Assembly: GCA_028279805.1 (NCBI GenBank)
Contig: JANQMZ010000007.1
Coordinates: forward strand, 780,001 to 812,000
Direction: 5' to 3'
DNA: 32,000 nucleotides
Source: an archaeon
GTDB lineage: Archaea; Iainarchaeota; Iainarchaeia; Iainarchaeales; JANQMZ01
Shown here: positions 1 to 8,701 of the stretch, piece after piece
Layout: each line of letters opens with the position of its first letter
Position numbering within the stretch: the first letter of the stretch is position 1
The notes under the pieces: generated by a model
Databases searched by the model: none
Seen by the model: the letters and a program-made list of their open reading frames with translations, nothing else
Told to the model about the DNA's origin: nothing
Translations under genes and position numbers: made by a program

Positions 1-2
1 TA

Positions 3-785
3 AATTTAATGACTTTAAAAAACAAAAAAATAAAACCGGTAACCTGTAAAGAAGCTGCTGACAAAAAAATTGTTTCAGGAAAACTCATAGCTTATTATCT
101 GGCTTTGGTTCAAAAATTTTATGAAAAATTGGGAATTCCGTTAAAAAAAATGCGTTTCCGTGAACTTGATGATAATGATAAAGCGTTTTATTCAATTGAA
201 ACTTGGGATTTTGAAATTGAAACAGATTTGGGCTGGATTGAATTAATTGCCAATAACTACCGGGCAGATTATGATTTAAAAGCCCATTCAAAAGGCTCTA
301 AACAGGATTTGAGCATTAAAGAGGATGGTGAAAAATTTGTTCCCCATGTTTGGGAAATTTCTGCAGGAATTGACAGAACTTTTTATGTTGTTTTGGATAA
401 TGCTTTTAAAAAAGAAAAAAGAGGAAAAGAGGAAAGAATTTTTTTGAATCTGCCGATTTCTATTGCCCCTTATCTGGCAGGAGTATTCCCTTTAGTCAAA
501 AAAGACGGATTGCTTGAAAAATCAAAACAATTATTCCGGGAACTGGAAAAACATGGATTTGAACTGATTTTTGATGAAAAAGGTTCAATTGGAAGGCGTT
601 ATGCCAGAATTGATGAAATAGGTGTTCCTTTTGCAATAACTTTTGATTATGATTCTGTGAAAAATAATACTGTAACACTGCGTGAAAGAAATTCTTTAGA
701 ACAAAAACTTGTTAAAATTGAACAGTTATCCCAAACTTTGTGGAAATTGTCAAACGGAATTTTAACTTTCAACGAATTAAAATAG
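3..785 (+). CDS. glyS: Glycyl-tRNA synthetase, archaeal/eukaryotic type, C-terminal part; frame is open to the left window edge, so partial
   Basis: Class II GlyRS motifs: 'GWIELIANNYRADYDLKAHSK', 'FVPHVWEISAGIDRTFYVVLDNAF', 'LPISIAPYLAGVFPLVKKDGL', 'GSIGRRYARIDEIGVPFAITFDYDSVKNNTVTLRERNSLEQ'. No in-frame stop upstream of the listed ATG at 9. Confidence 0.9.
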   Translation, partial: NLMTLKNKKIKPVTCKEAADKKIVSGKLIAYYLALVQKFYEKLGIPLKKMRFRELDDNDKAFYSIETWDFEIETDLGWIELIANNYRADYDLKAHSKGSKQDLSIKEDGEKFVPHVWEISAGIDRTFYVVLDNAFKKEKRGKEERIFLNLPISIAPYLAGVFPLVKKDGLLEKSKQLFRELEKHGFELIFDEKGSIGRRYARIDEIGVPFAITFDYDSVKNNTVTLRERNSLEQKLVKIEQLSQTLWKLSNGILTFNELK

Positions 786-877
786 TCCCATTGCGTAGGG
801 ACAGTCCGCGTGCCACTTTCAGTGGCACTTGCTCGCTAACGCTCGCAGTTTATGCTTGATTCTGTTCGTAATACTTA

Positions 878-949
878 GCCCCGGTGGCTTAATGGCAGAG
901 CAATTGCTTCGTAAGCAATGGGTTGTGAGTTCAAATCTCATCCGGGGCT
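878..949 (+). tRNA. tRNA-Thr (anticodon CGT)
   Basis: Acceptor GCCCCGG/CCGGGGC, anticodon stem ATTGC-TTCGTAA-GCAAT, T arm ATGAG-TTCAAAT-CTCAT-like, discriminator T. Confidence 0.93.
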
Positions 950-1000
950 TTAAAACAAAAACAATTTAATTCTGTTTCACAACAATTATTATGTGATAAA

Positions 1001-1495
1001 ATGAAATTATTGCTTTTATCGGATTCCAAAACTCCTGTTAAAATTTTTCCAAAAGTAAAGGAAATTGTTTCTGAAAAAATTTCAAATCTTGAAATTGAAA
1101 TAGCTTATGTTCCTTTTATGGTTGATTTTCCTCAAAAAGTTTTGGAAGCTGAAAAAGATTTTGATTATATTTTTGTTTTTTCGTTATATGATGAGGAAAC
1201 CCCTGAAATTAAAACTGTGATGGAAAAACTGATTGAAGTGGAAATTAAAACAGGCAAAAAAATTATGAAAATTTTGAGGGAGACAGATTTTGAAGGAACA
1301 AATAAAAAAGAGTTAAAATCTTTGTCAAAAAAGTTGACAAAAAAATGGAGTTTTTTTATTATTGAATACATTGCTCCTGAAAAAACAGCTAAAAAAGCTG
1401 AATTTGAAGAAGATCCTGATGAATTTGCAGATGATGAAAAAGTATTTGGCGCGGATGATGATATGTTTGCCTCAAATGACTCAGAATACCGTTAA
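1001..1495 (+). CDS. Hypothetical protein, 164 aa, with acidic C-terminal tail
   Basis: Complete ORF; tail 'EFEEDPDEFADDEKVFGADDDMFASNDSEYR'. The N-terminal part vaguely resembles the alpha/beta core of archaeal riboflavin/lumazine synthases, but too weakly to name. Confidence 0.7.
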   Translation: MKLLLLSDSKTPVKIFPKVKEIVSEKISNLEIEIAYVPFMVDFPQKVLEAEKDFDYIFVFSLYDEETPEIKTVMEKLIEVEIKTGKKIMKILRETDFEGTNKKELKSLSKKLTKKWSFFIIEYIAPEKTAKKAEFEEDPDEFADDEKVFGADDDMFASNDSEYR

Positions 1496-2538
1496 TTTTT
1501 TTTATTTTTAAGTTTTTTTTCCAGTTTTTTTGCTTCTTCGCTTTTTTCAACAGCCAAATCCCTGAAATGCTTTAAGTTTTTTTCATTTTCATTTAACCTT
1601 TTTTTCAATACTTGTATTTTTGTTTCAAGTTTTTCTTCAGCTTCCTGTTTTGCTTTAATTTTTTTTTCTTCCAGTGACAACAGTTCTTTGCTGTAATGGT
1701 TTCTCATTTTAATTGTTTCATTTTCAGCTTCCAGCAGAGTTTTTCTTGCAACATCTCTTTCATTTTTTAACAATGTTATTAATTCACTTGCTTTTTTATA
1801 ATAATTTGAATAGTTTTGTTCCAAAATGCTTATTTTCATTTTTAACTGAATAAAACTTTTCTGCAAAACGTCCAAACTTTTTTCATAATTGTGAACAAAG
1901 GAATTTAACTGGGTTTTTTGTTTTTCAAGTTTTAAATCGGTTTCATGCATTTCTTGTTCCAATTCAGCTGCATTTTCTTCCCTTTGAAAACCCCAGAATG
2001 TTTTTTTTCTGATATCCTGGTATTTTTTTCTCAAATCCTGTAATTCCTGTTCTTTTGAATCAAGCAAGTCCATTACATTTTTTGCAACGGTTTGCTTTTC
2101 AATGGGATTCATGTTTTGTTTTTTTTCAAAAATATTAACTCGTTCAAAATAAAATCTTGCATCCAAAACCGTGTTTAAAAGTTTTTGCTGCAAGCTTGCA
2201 AACAATTCCCCTTCATTTTCATCAAATTCTTCGTTTGTCACACTTGTTTTGTTTTTTTCAAGTTCAATGTTTTTTTCAAACACTTTTATTGTATCCAGAA
2301 CAGTGCCAAGAATTTCTTTGGGATTCGGAAAATCTGACAACGATTTTTTTTCATAATTTTCTTTTAATTCTTCCAAAAAAATTTGTAATTCTTCCAATTC
2401 TTTTAACGCATTTTTTAATTCTTTTACAATTATTTCAGAATTTGTTTCATGCCAGTTAAAAGATTCTGCTTTTTCCTGCAGTGAATCAAGTGTTTTTTCA
2501 GCTGTTTCCCATAAAACTTCCAAAGCCATAATATTCAT
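1492..2538 (-). CDS. Coiled-coil hypothetical protein, 348 aa
   Basis: Long ORF with extended E/K/L/Q heptad-like stretches; convergent with the preceding gene. Confidence 0.8.
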   Translation of the reverse strand: MNIMALEVLWETAEKTLDSLQEKAESFNWHETNSEIIVKELKNALKELEELQIFLEELKENYEKKSLSDFPNPKEILGTVLDTIKVFEKNIELEKNKTSVTNEEFDENEGELFASLQQKLLNTVLDARFYFERVNIFEKKQNMNPIEKQTVAKNVMDLLDSKEQELQDLRKKYQDIRKKTFWGFQREENAAELEQEMHETDLKLEKQKTQLNSFVHNYEKSLDVLQKSFIQLKMKISILEQNYSNYYKKASELITLLKNERDVARKTLLEAENETIKMRNHYSKELLSLEEKKIKAKQEAEEKLETKIQVLKKRLNENEKNLKHFRDLAVEKSEEAKKLEKKLKNKKN

Positions 2539-2608
2539 TTATGATTGCTCTGTTAAGTTTTATATACTTTAACATTATAATGAATGGCAACAGCAGGGGG
2601 CTTTTTTA

Positions 2609-3601
2609 ATGGAATTGTTTGAAGATAAAGGTTTTCGTGTAAAAGGAACAAATCTGTTAATAGACCCTTCAACAACAAAGCATTCCGGGGCAATTTTAAC
2701 CCATGCTCATTCAGATCATGTTAATTTCAATGAAAAATCAAAAATAACAGCGTCACAGGAAACTCTTGACCTGATTAATGTTTCCTATAAGCCTGTGAAA
2801 AAATCAAATCCTTTAAAATTTTCAAAAAAAACAAATTTTGACAATGCAAAAATTTCTTTGCATAACGCCGGACACATTTTGGGTTCTTCACAGGTTTTAA
2901 TTGAAGGTGAAAAAACATTAGCTTTCACATCCGATTTTAAAACACAGGATTCTTTAATTTTAAAAAAAGCAGAACAATTAAACTCAGATATTCTGGCAAT
3001 AGAATCCACTTTTGGTTTACCTTCCTTTAATTTTCCTCATAGGGAAAAAATTTATGAGGACATGGTTTCATGGACAAAACAGCAGCTTGCATTAAAGCGT
3101 TTTATTGTTTTAAGCGGTTATTCTTTAGGCAAAGCACAGGAATTAACAAAATTTTGCAATGATTTTTTGGGAATTAGCCCGGTTGTTCATGAAAAAATTT
3201 TTGAAAACAACAAAGTTTACGAAAAACACGGCGTAAAATTAGGCACTTATTACAAGCTTAACCATAACCTGAACGATTCAAATATTTTGATTATGCCTCC
3301 GTCTTTGGCAAAACCAACATTGTTTTATGCCCTGGAACAATCTCTTGGAAAAAAAGTTTCAAGTGCTTTGGCAACAGGCTGGTTTTATCGCCGAGGACAC
3401 GACACAGTTTTTCCTTTATCCGATCATTCAGATTTTAATTCTTCCCTGGATTATATTAAAAATGCGGAACCAAAACTTGTTTTAACAATGCATGGTTTTG
3501 CTGATGAATTTGCCAGATATATTGAAAGGCGTTTAAAAATTCCCGCAAGAGCCTTAAACGGTTCTTCCAAAAAACAAAAAGCATTAATTGAATTTGCTTA
3601 A
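2609..3601 (+). CDS. Metallo-beta-lactamase fold nuclease-like protein (mRNA 3'-end processing factor / exonuclease family)
   Basis: 'ILTHAHSDHVNF' metal-binding motif, 'HNAGHILGSSQVLI', 'LAFTSDF', 'FPLSDHSDFNSSLDYI', 'LTMHG'. Confidence 0.85.
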   Translation: MELFEDKGFRVKGTNLLIDPSTTKHSGAILTHAHSDHVNFNEKSKITASQETLDLINVSYKPVKKSNPLKFSKKTNFDNAKISLHNAGHILGSSQVLIEGEKTLAFTSDFKTQDSLILKKAEQLNSDILAIESTFGLPSFNFPHREKIYEDMVSWTKQQLALKRFIVLSGYSLGKAQELTKFCNDFLGISPVVHEKIFENNKVYEKHGVKLGTYYKLNHNLNDSNILIMPPSLAKPTLFYALEQSLGKKVSSALATGWFYRRGHDTVFPLSDHSDFNSSLDYIKNAEPKLVLTMHGFADEFARYIERRLKIPARALNGSSKKQKALIEFA

Positions 3602-4230
3602 CGCCTTCTAAACCTTTCAAAAATCCACAGCAAACTTTTTGGTCTTGGTTTTTTTGGTCTTCCAGGAACTCTTCTGGCTTTATGCAGTTGCCTTAATCTT
3701 TCAGCTCCTTTTAATGAAATTTCATAATATTCCTGAAGCGAATAAGTTTTGCCAGGATCAATTCCAAGCCTTTTTAACTGTCTTTCTCTAAGTACGCCAA
3801 TATGTTCCTTGTTTTTACTGTGCATTATTTTATAATCCTGAAATTCTTTTCTTTCCAGCAGCATTTCTAAAACTGTTAAATGAACCGTTGTTCCAAGCCC
3901 GACACCCATTAAATCTTCTAATTTTGCCGCTGAATAAATATCCCACTTTGACCCGAACGGATAAAAGTCTTTCCATTCAAGTGTTTTGATTTGGCTGTGA
4001 TTTTCTAAAATTATGTCCCCAATTCTTATTGTTCCGGTAATTGTTTCCCTCGCATTTCTTGGCCTTAAACCTTCCCTTATCAGTTCACCGGGTTTTTCTG
4101 TTTCAATAAAACCATCTGTTTTTCTTTTATGCAATCTTCTTCCGATTAAAACATCAAAATAAACTCTGCCCAAATCTTCTCTTATTGAAGAATCTCTTAC
4201 AATTAAACCCCATTGAAATCTTTCAAGCAT
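3598..4230 (-). CDS. Uncharacterised protein, 210 aa, Arg/Lys-rich C-terminus
   Basis: Complete ORF in a compact context. No family recognised. Confidence 0.65.
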   Translation of the reverse strand: MLERFQWGLIVRDSSIREDLGRVYFDVLIGRRLHKRKTDGFIETEKPGELIREGLRPRNARETITGTIRIGDIILENHSQIKTLEWKDFYPFGSKWDIYSAAKLEDLMGVGLGTTVHLTVLEMLLERKEFQDYKIMHSKNKEHIGVLRERQLKRLGIDPGKTYSLQEYYEISLKGAERLRQLHKARRVPGRPKKPRPKSLLWIFERFRRR

Positions 4231-4330
4231 AATAACATTCCTGTTTTTAAGTTATAAAAACTTATTCAATAAAAATGCAGGATTCAAACACTCAAAACCT
4301 TTAAATATGATAAATTGTTATTTTTGTTTT

Positions 4331-4660
4331 ATGAGAGAATCAAGGTATGGTGCGGCAAGATTTCAGGGAGGAAGAAAACAGGGTTTTATGGGTGTAACTC
4401 CAAAAGCCGCCGGTTCTGTAAGAGCCAAAAGGCTTAGAGTTATTTTCGAAGTAAGTGAGGAAACCAAAATTCCCCTTCCAAAACTGAGGCAAAGATATAA
4501 TACTTTATCAAAACTTGGTTTTGACCCGGCCAGACAACCGGTTTCATTGCTTTTTCCTGATGATTTTATTGCAAGATTAAAAAAAGCATCGGAAGCAAGG
4601 CGTAAAAAAATGTTTGACAACATGGTTGCCCATTTAACACAGAAACCTAGGAACGCCTAA
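4331..4660 (+). CDS. Uncharacterised small basic protein, about 109 aa; start refined to ATG 4331
   Basis: The ORF-track start at 4307 lies within an apparent TATA box (TTTAAATA, 4300-4307). The next ATG at 4331 is about 25 nt downstream, consistent with a leaderless transcript. Product begins MRESRYGAARFQGGRKQGFMG. Confidence 0.65.
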   Translation: MRESRYGAARFQGGRKQGFMGVTPKAAGSVRAKRLRVIFEVSEETKIPLPKLRQRYNTLSKLGFDPARQPVSLLFPDDFIARLKKASEARRKKMFDNMVAHLTQKPRNA

Positions 4661-4711
4661 ATATTCAAAAATTGCTTTTTTTTTGTTTTAGGTTAAGATT
4701 TTAATTGTTTT

Positions 4712-6034
4712 TTGTCTTTTTTTGACATGGAAAGAATTCATTCAGGCAGAATTCCCGGTTTAAAAGGCCAAAAAATTTTGGTTTCAGGCTGGATTCATGA
4801 CATCAGGGATTTTGGCAACTTAAAATTTTTAATTTTAAAAGACAAAGAAGGAACAATGCAAATAACAATTCCTGCAAAAAAAGCATCAAAAGAAGTTACA
4901 AGCATTGCAAGCCAGTTAACAAAAGAGTCAGTCATATCTGTTTTAGGAAATGTAAAAGAATCTGACAAAGCAAGACAAGGTTTTGAAATAATTCCTGAAA
5001 AAATTGAATTATTGTCAAAATCTGAAACACCTGTTCCAATTGACATGAGTAAAAAAATTGAATCTGATTTGTCAACAAGATTGGATTACAGGTTTCTGGA
5101 TGTAAGGAATGAAAAAAGCATTGCATTATTTAAAATTCGTTCAAAAATGTTGAATCTTATTACAAACTTTTTTGATTCAAACAATTTTGTTGCAATTAAC
5201 ACTCCCAAAATAACATCTTCAGGAGTTGAATCAGGTTCAGAATTATTCAAAGTTGACTATTTTGGAAAAAACGCTTTTTTGGCTCAAAGCCCGCAAATTT
5301 ACAAGCAAATGTTTGTTGCGGCTGGATTTGAAAAAGTTTATGAAATCGGTTCAGTTTTTCGCGCAGAAAAATCTAACACTTCAAGGCATGTGACAGAATT
5401 TATCGGAATTGATTTTGAACAGGGCTTTATTAAAGATGAACATGATGCAATGGATACAGCAGAACAGTTAATGGTTTACTTGGTTGAGGGCATTGAAAAA
5501 GAATTAAAAGATGAATTAAAATTATGGGAAAGAAAACCTGTTAAAATGAAAAAATTTCCAAGAATCAGTTTTGAAAAAGCGGTTGAATTGCTGGCTGATG
5601 AAGGCAAAAAAATTCCAAAAAATGAAGATTTTGACCCTGAAGCTGAAAAACTTTTAAGCAAAATTATTCTGGAAAAACAAAAATCAGAATTTGTTTTCAT
5701 TTACAATTATCCTTACGTTAAAAGGCCTTTTTATCACATGAAACCTGAAAAAGATTCTCATGGCACCAAATCTTTTGATTTGCTGTGGAACGGCCTTGAA
5801 ATTGGCACAGGAGCCCAAAGAGAACATCGTTATGACATTTTAAAAAAACAGGCAAAAGAAAAAGGCATTAATCTTGATGAAATGCAGGATTATGCCAAAA
5901 TTTTTCAATATGGCTGCCCTCCTCACGGGGGAATGGGTTTGGGTCTGGACAGGTTTGTTGAAGCTTTTTTAAAACTTGACAACATCAGAGAAGCAATTTT
6001 GTTGCCAAGAGACCCTGAGAGGCTGACTCCATGA
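4712..6034 (+). CDS. aspS: Aspartyl-tRNA synthetase (TTG 4712 or ATG 4727 as start)
   Basis: OB-fold N-terminus, 'SGSELFKVDYFGKNAFLAQSPQIYKQMFVAAGFEKVYEIGSVFRAEKSNTSRHVTEF', C-terminal 'GGMGLGLDRFVEAFLKLDNIREAILLPRDPERLTP'. Confidence 0.95.
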   Translation: MSFFDMERIHSGRIPGLKGQKILVSGWIHDIRDFGNLKFLILKDKEGTMQITIPAKKASKEVTSIASQLTKESVISVLGNVKESDKARQGFEIIPEKIELLSKSETPVPIDMSKKIESDLSTRLDYRFLDVRNEKSIALFKIRSKMLNLITNFFDSNNFVAINTPKITSSGVESGSELFKVDYFGKNAFLAQSPQIYKQMFVAAGFEKVYEIGSVFRAEKSNTSRHVTEFIGIDFEQGFIKDEHDAMDTAEQLMVYLVEGIEKELKDELKLWERKPVKMKKFPRISFEKAVELLADEGKKIPKNEDFDPEAEKLLSKIILEKQKSEFVFIYNYPYVKRPFYHMKPEKDSHGTKSFDLLWNGLEIGTGAQREHRYDILKKQAKEKGINLDEMQDYAKIFQYGCPPHGGMGLGLDRFVEAFLKLDNIREAILLPRDPERLTP

Positions 6035-7347
6035 AAGAATTAAATTATTTGGAAAAAGACATTTCAAAAATTTCACAAATATTAAAAAAAGGCAAAGGCT
6101 CATTTAAAACAAGAGGCTGGTTTAAAAGAAAAAGAGAATTAAAAAACAAGATTTTTTTTATTTTATTTGATGAAACAAGTGAATTGCAATGTGTGGTTGA
6201 CAGGGATAAAGCTTTGAAAGATTTAATTAAGGATGCTGAAAAAGTTACAATTCAGTCAAGTGTTGAACTGGAAGGCCAATTAAAAAAAGATGAGCGTGCC
6301 CCTGACGGATTTGAATTGCAGATTAAAAAAATGCACATTGTTGGTTTGGCTCAAGATTTTCCAATCGGGAAAGATTTATCAACAGAATTTTTAATGGACG
6401 TTCGCCATTTATGGTTAAGAAGTGCAAAAATGCGTGACGCTTTAAAAGTCAGGGCAACTGTTTTTGATTCTTTCAGAAAATTTATGGAAAAAGAAAATGT
6501 TGTTGAAACACAGGGAGCAATGTTTGTATCCGGTTCTGTGGAAGGGGGTTCAACATTGTTTGAGGTTCCATATTTTGGAAAAAAAGCTTTTCTGACACAG
6601 TCAAGCCAGTTTTATTTGGAAGTGTTAATGCATTCTCTTGGAAAAGTTTATACGATTGCTCCGTCTTTTCGTGCTGAAAAATCCAAAACAAGGCGCCATT
6701 TAACAGAATTCTGGCATGCAGAAGTTGAACTGCCCTGGGCGCATTTGGAAGACATTATTGATTTTGAGGAAAGAATGATTAAATTTATGGTTAAAACCGT
6801 TGTTGAAAAAAATTCAAAAGAATTAAAGGCTTTAGGCAGAAACACTGAAGATTTAATGCCAACAATTGAACAAAAATTTCACAGAAAAAAATACAAAGAT
6901 GTAGTAAAAGATGCTATGAAAAAATTTTCATACTTAAAACACGGTTCCGATTTGGGTGAAAAAGAGGAAAGGGAGATAACCAAAAGCCTGAAAAAACCCC
7001 TTATTATTACCCATTATCCTGATTCTTTGAAGCCTTTTTATCATCGACGCAACCCTGATAATCCGAAAGAAATTTTATGCAATGACATTCTGGCACCTGA
7101 AGGTTTTGGTGAGATTATCGGTTCTGGTGAAAGGGTGTGGAATGAAAAAAAACTGGTTGAACAAATTAAAAAAGACAAATTAAACCCGGAAGACTATCAA
7201 TGGTATGTTGATTTGAGAAAATTTGGCTCCGTGCCAAGAGCCGGCTTTGGAATGGGTCTGGACCGGTTTACTGCATGGATTGTTAACGCGGAACACATCA
7301 GGGATGTAATTCCTTTGCCCAGAACCATGAACAGAATTGCTCCATGA
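6031..7347 (+). CDS. asnS: Asparaginyl-tRNA synthetase
   Basis: 'LTQSSQFYLEVLMHSLGKVYTIAPSFRAEKSKTRRHLTEFWHAEVE', 'WYVDLRKFGSVPRAGFGMGLDRFTAW'. The N-terminal OB-like domain is retained. ATGA overlap with aspS. Confidence 0.88.
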   Translation: MKELNYLEKDISKISQILKKGKGSFKTRGWFKRKRELKNKIFFILFDETSELQCVVDRDKALKDLIKDAEKVTIQSSVELEGQLKKDERAPDGFELQIKKMHIVGLAQDFPIGKDLSTEFLMDVRHLWLRSAKMRDALKVRATVFDSFRKFMEKENVVETQGAMFVSGSVEGGSTLFEVPYFGKKAFLTQSSQFYLEVLMHSLGKVYTIAPSFRAEKSKTRRHLTEFWHAEVELPWAHLEDIIDFEERMIKFMVKTVVEKNSKELKALGRNTEDLMPTIEQKFHRKKYKDVVKDAMKKFSYLKHGSDLGEKEEREITKSLKKPLIITHYPDSLKPFYHRRNPDNPKEILCNDILAPEGFGEIIGSGERVWNEKKLVEQIKKDKLNPEDYQWYVDLRKFGSVPRAGFGMGLDRFTAWIVNAEHIRDVIPLPRTMNRIAP

Positions 7348-8126
7348 TGCTTATGAGAGAACTTGAACTTGCAAAAAAAGCAGCTTTGGTTGGCGGCAAA
7401 GAAGCATTAAAATATTTTGGCAAAATAAAAAAAGTTTCTCAAAAAACTTCTTTTGGAGATTTTGCAACAAAAGCGGATATTGCAGCTGAAAAAAAAATTT
7501 TATCAATTATAAAAAAACGTTTTCCCGAACACGATATTGTTGCCGAAGAATCGGGCTTGCAAAAATCAGAATCAGATTTTACATGGTTTGTTGACCCGAT
7601 TGATGGAACCACAAACTTTTTTCATAAAAATCCTTTTTTTTGCTGTTCTGTTGCTTTGAGGAAAAAAAACAAATTTGTTGTTGGGGCAGTCTATGATCCT
7701 ATAAGAAAAGAATTATTTCACGCTGCAAAAGGCAAAGGCGCTTTTTTAAACGGAAAACGCATAAAAGTTTCAAATGCTTCAAAATTAAACCAATGCCTTG
7801 GAGCAACAGGTTTTGCTTATGACCGAAAAAATTTAATGAAAAAAAATTTAAAACTTGTTCAAAAAATTTTGCCGCAAATTCATGGCATAAGAAGGGACGG
7901 GGCTGCTGCCCTTGATTTGTGTTATGTTGCTTCAGGGCGCTTTGATTTATACTGGGAGTTCGGATTAAAACCATGGGATTTGGCTGCAGGAATAGGAATA
8001 ATAGAGGAAGCCGGAGGCAAAGTAACGGATGAAAAAGGCAAACCTGTTAAAAATTTAAAAAAATGGGTTGTTGCTTCAAATTCAAAAGTGCATTCAAAAC
8101 TAATTAAAGAACTTGGATTCAAATAA
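7344..8126 (+). CDS. Inositol monophosphatase / archaeal fructose-1,6-bisphosphatase family protein
   Basis: 'DFATKADIAAEKKILSII', 'VAEESG', 'WFVDPIDGTTNFFHKNPFFCCSVAL', 'GAAALDLCYVASGRFDLYWEFGLKPWDLAAGIGIIEEAGG'. Confidence 0.92.
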   Translation: MMLMRELELAKKAALVGGKEALKYFGKIKKVSQKTSFGDFATKADIAAEKKILSIIKKRFPEHDIVAEESGLQKSESDFTWFVDPIDGTTNFFHKNPFFCCSVALRKKNKFVVGAVYDPIRKELFHAAKGKGAFLNGKRIKVSNASKLNQCLGATGFAYDRKNLMKKNLKLVQKILPQIHGIRRDGAAALDLCYVASGRFDLYWEFGLKPWDLAAGIGIIEEAGGKVTDEKGKPVKNLKKWVVASNSKVHSKLIKELGFK

Positions 8127-8133
8127 TTTTTTT

Positions 8134-8532
8134 ATGAAAATAATTAAAATAAAAACAACTAAAAAAAATGAACTGGTTGACATTACTTCAAAAGTTGAGG
8201 AAATTATTTCAAAATCAAGCCTGGGCAAAGGGTTTTGTATTTTATACTGCCCTCACACTACAGCAGGAATAATAATAAATGAAGGAGCAGATCCAAGCGT
8301 AAAAGAAGATATTTTAAACAAATTATCAGAATTGGTGCCTGAATCACCTGATTATAAGCATGCTGAAGGCAATTCAGATTCGCATATTAAGTCTTCACTG
8401 GTTGGGATAAGCAAAATTATTCCCTTTGAATCCGGAAAATTGTCACTTGGCACATGGCAGAGCATCTTTTTTGCAGAATTTGACGGTCCCCGTAACAGAA
8501 CTCTTGAAACAGGCTTAATTAAGCAAATTTAA
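8134..8532 (+). CDS. YjbQ / UPF0047 family protein; start refined to ATG 8134 rather than TTG 8113
   Basis: 'CPHTTAGIIINEGADPSVKEDI', 'HAEGNSDSHIKSSLVG', 'LSLGTWQSIFFAEFDGPRNRT'. The ATG start removes the overlap with the upstream gene. Confidence 0.88.
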   Translation: MKIIKIKTTKKNELVDITSKVEEIISKSSLGKGFCILYCPHTTAGIIINEGADPSVKEDILNKLSELVPESPDYKHAEGNSDSHIKSSLVGISKIIPFESGKLSLGTWQSIFFAEFDGPRNRTLETGLIKQI

Positions 8533-8536
8533 TCCA

Positions 8537-8557
8537 TTTTTTATTGTACTAATTATT
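8537..8557 (+). repeat. 21-nt direct repeat copy 1: TTTTTTATTGTACTAATTATT
   Basis: Exact match to 8672-8692. Confidence 0.85.
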
Positions 8558-8577
8558 TGATTTTGTACCAAAAATGC

Positions 8578-8587
8578 TTTATAAATA
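8578..8587 (+). promoter_or_regulatory. Candidate archaeal TATA box (TTTATAAATA)
   Basis: A/T box in an intergenic region, about 115-125 nt upstream of the next ORF. Confidence 0.45.
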
Positions 8588-8671
8588 AAAAACAGCATAT
8601 ATTTTCATATAGTGTTCATTATCCCCCTGAAAGGCTTTGTTTCACCTCATTCTAAGGCCTTTCCCTTTTTA

Positions 8672-8692
8672 TTTTTTATTGTACTAATTATT
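8672..8692 (+). repeat. 21-nt direct repeat copy 2: TTTTTTATTGTACTAATTATT
   Basis: Exact match to 8537-8557, immediately upstream of the 8702 ORF. Confidence 0.85.
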
Positions 8693-8701
8693 GTTCGGTG
8701 A

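Noticed and set aside
3592-4655. Possible mobile element bounded by similar 'acgcct(t/a)..' ends around 3601-3610 and 4648-4656
   Set aside because: The similarity is only a few bases, there is no transposase or target duplication, and the left end coincides with ordinary stop codons.
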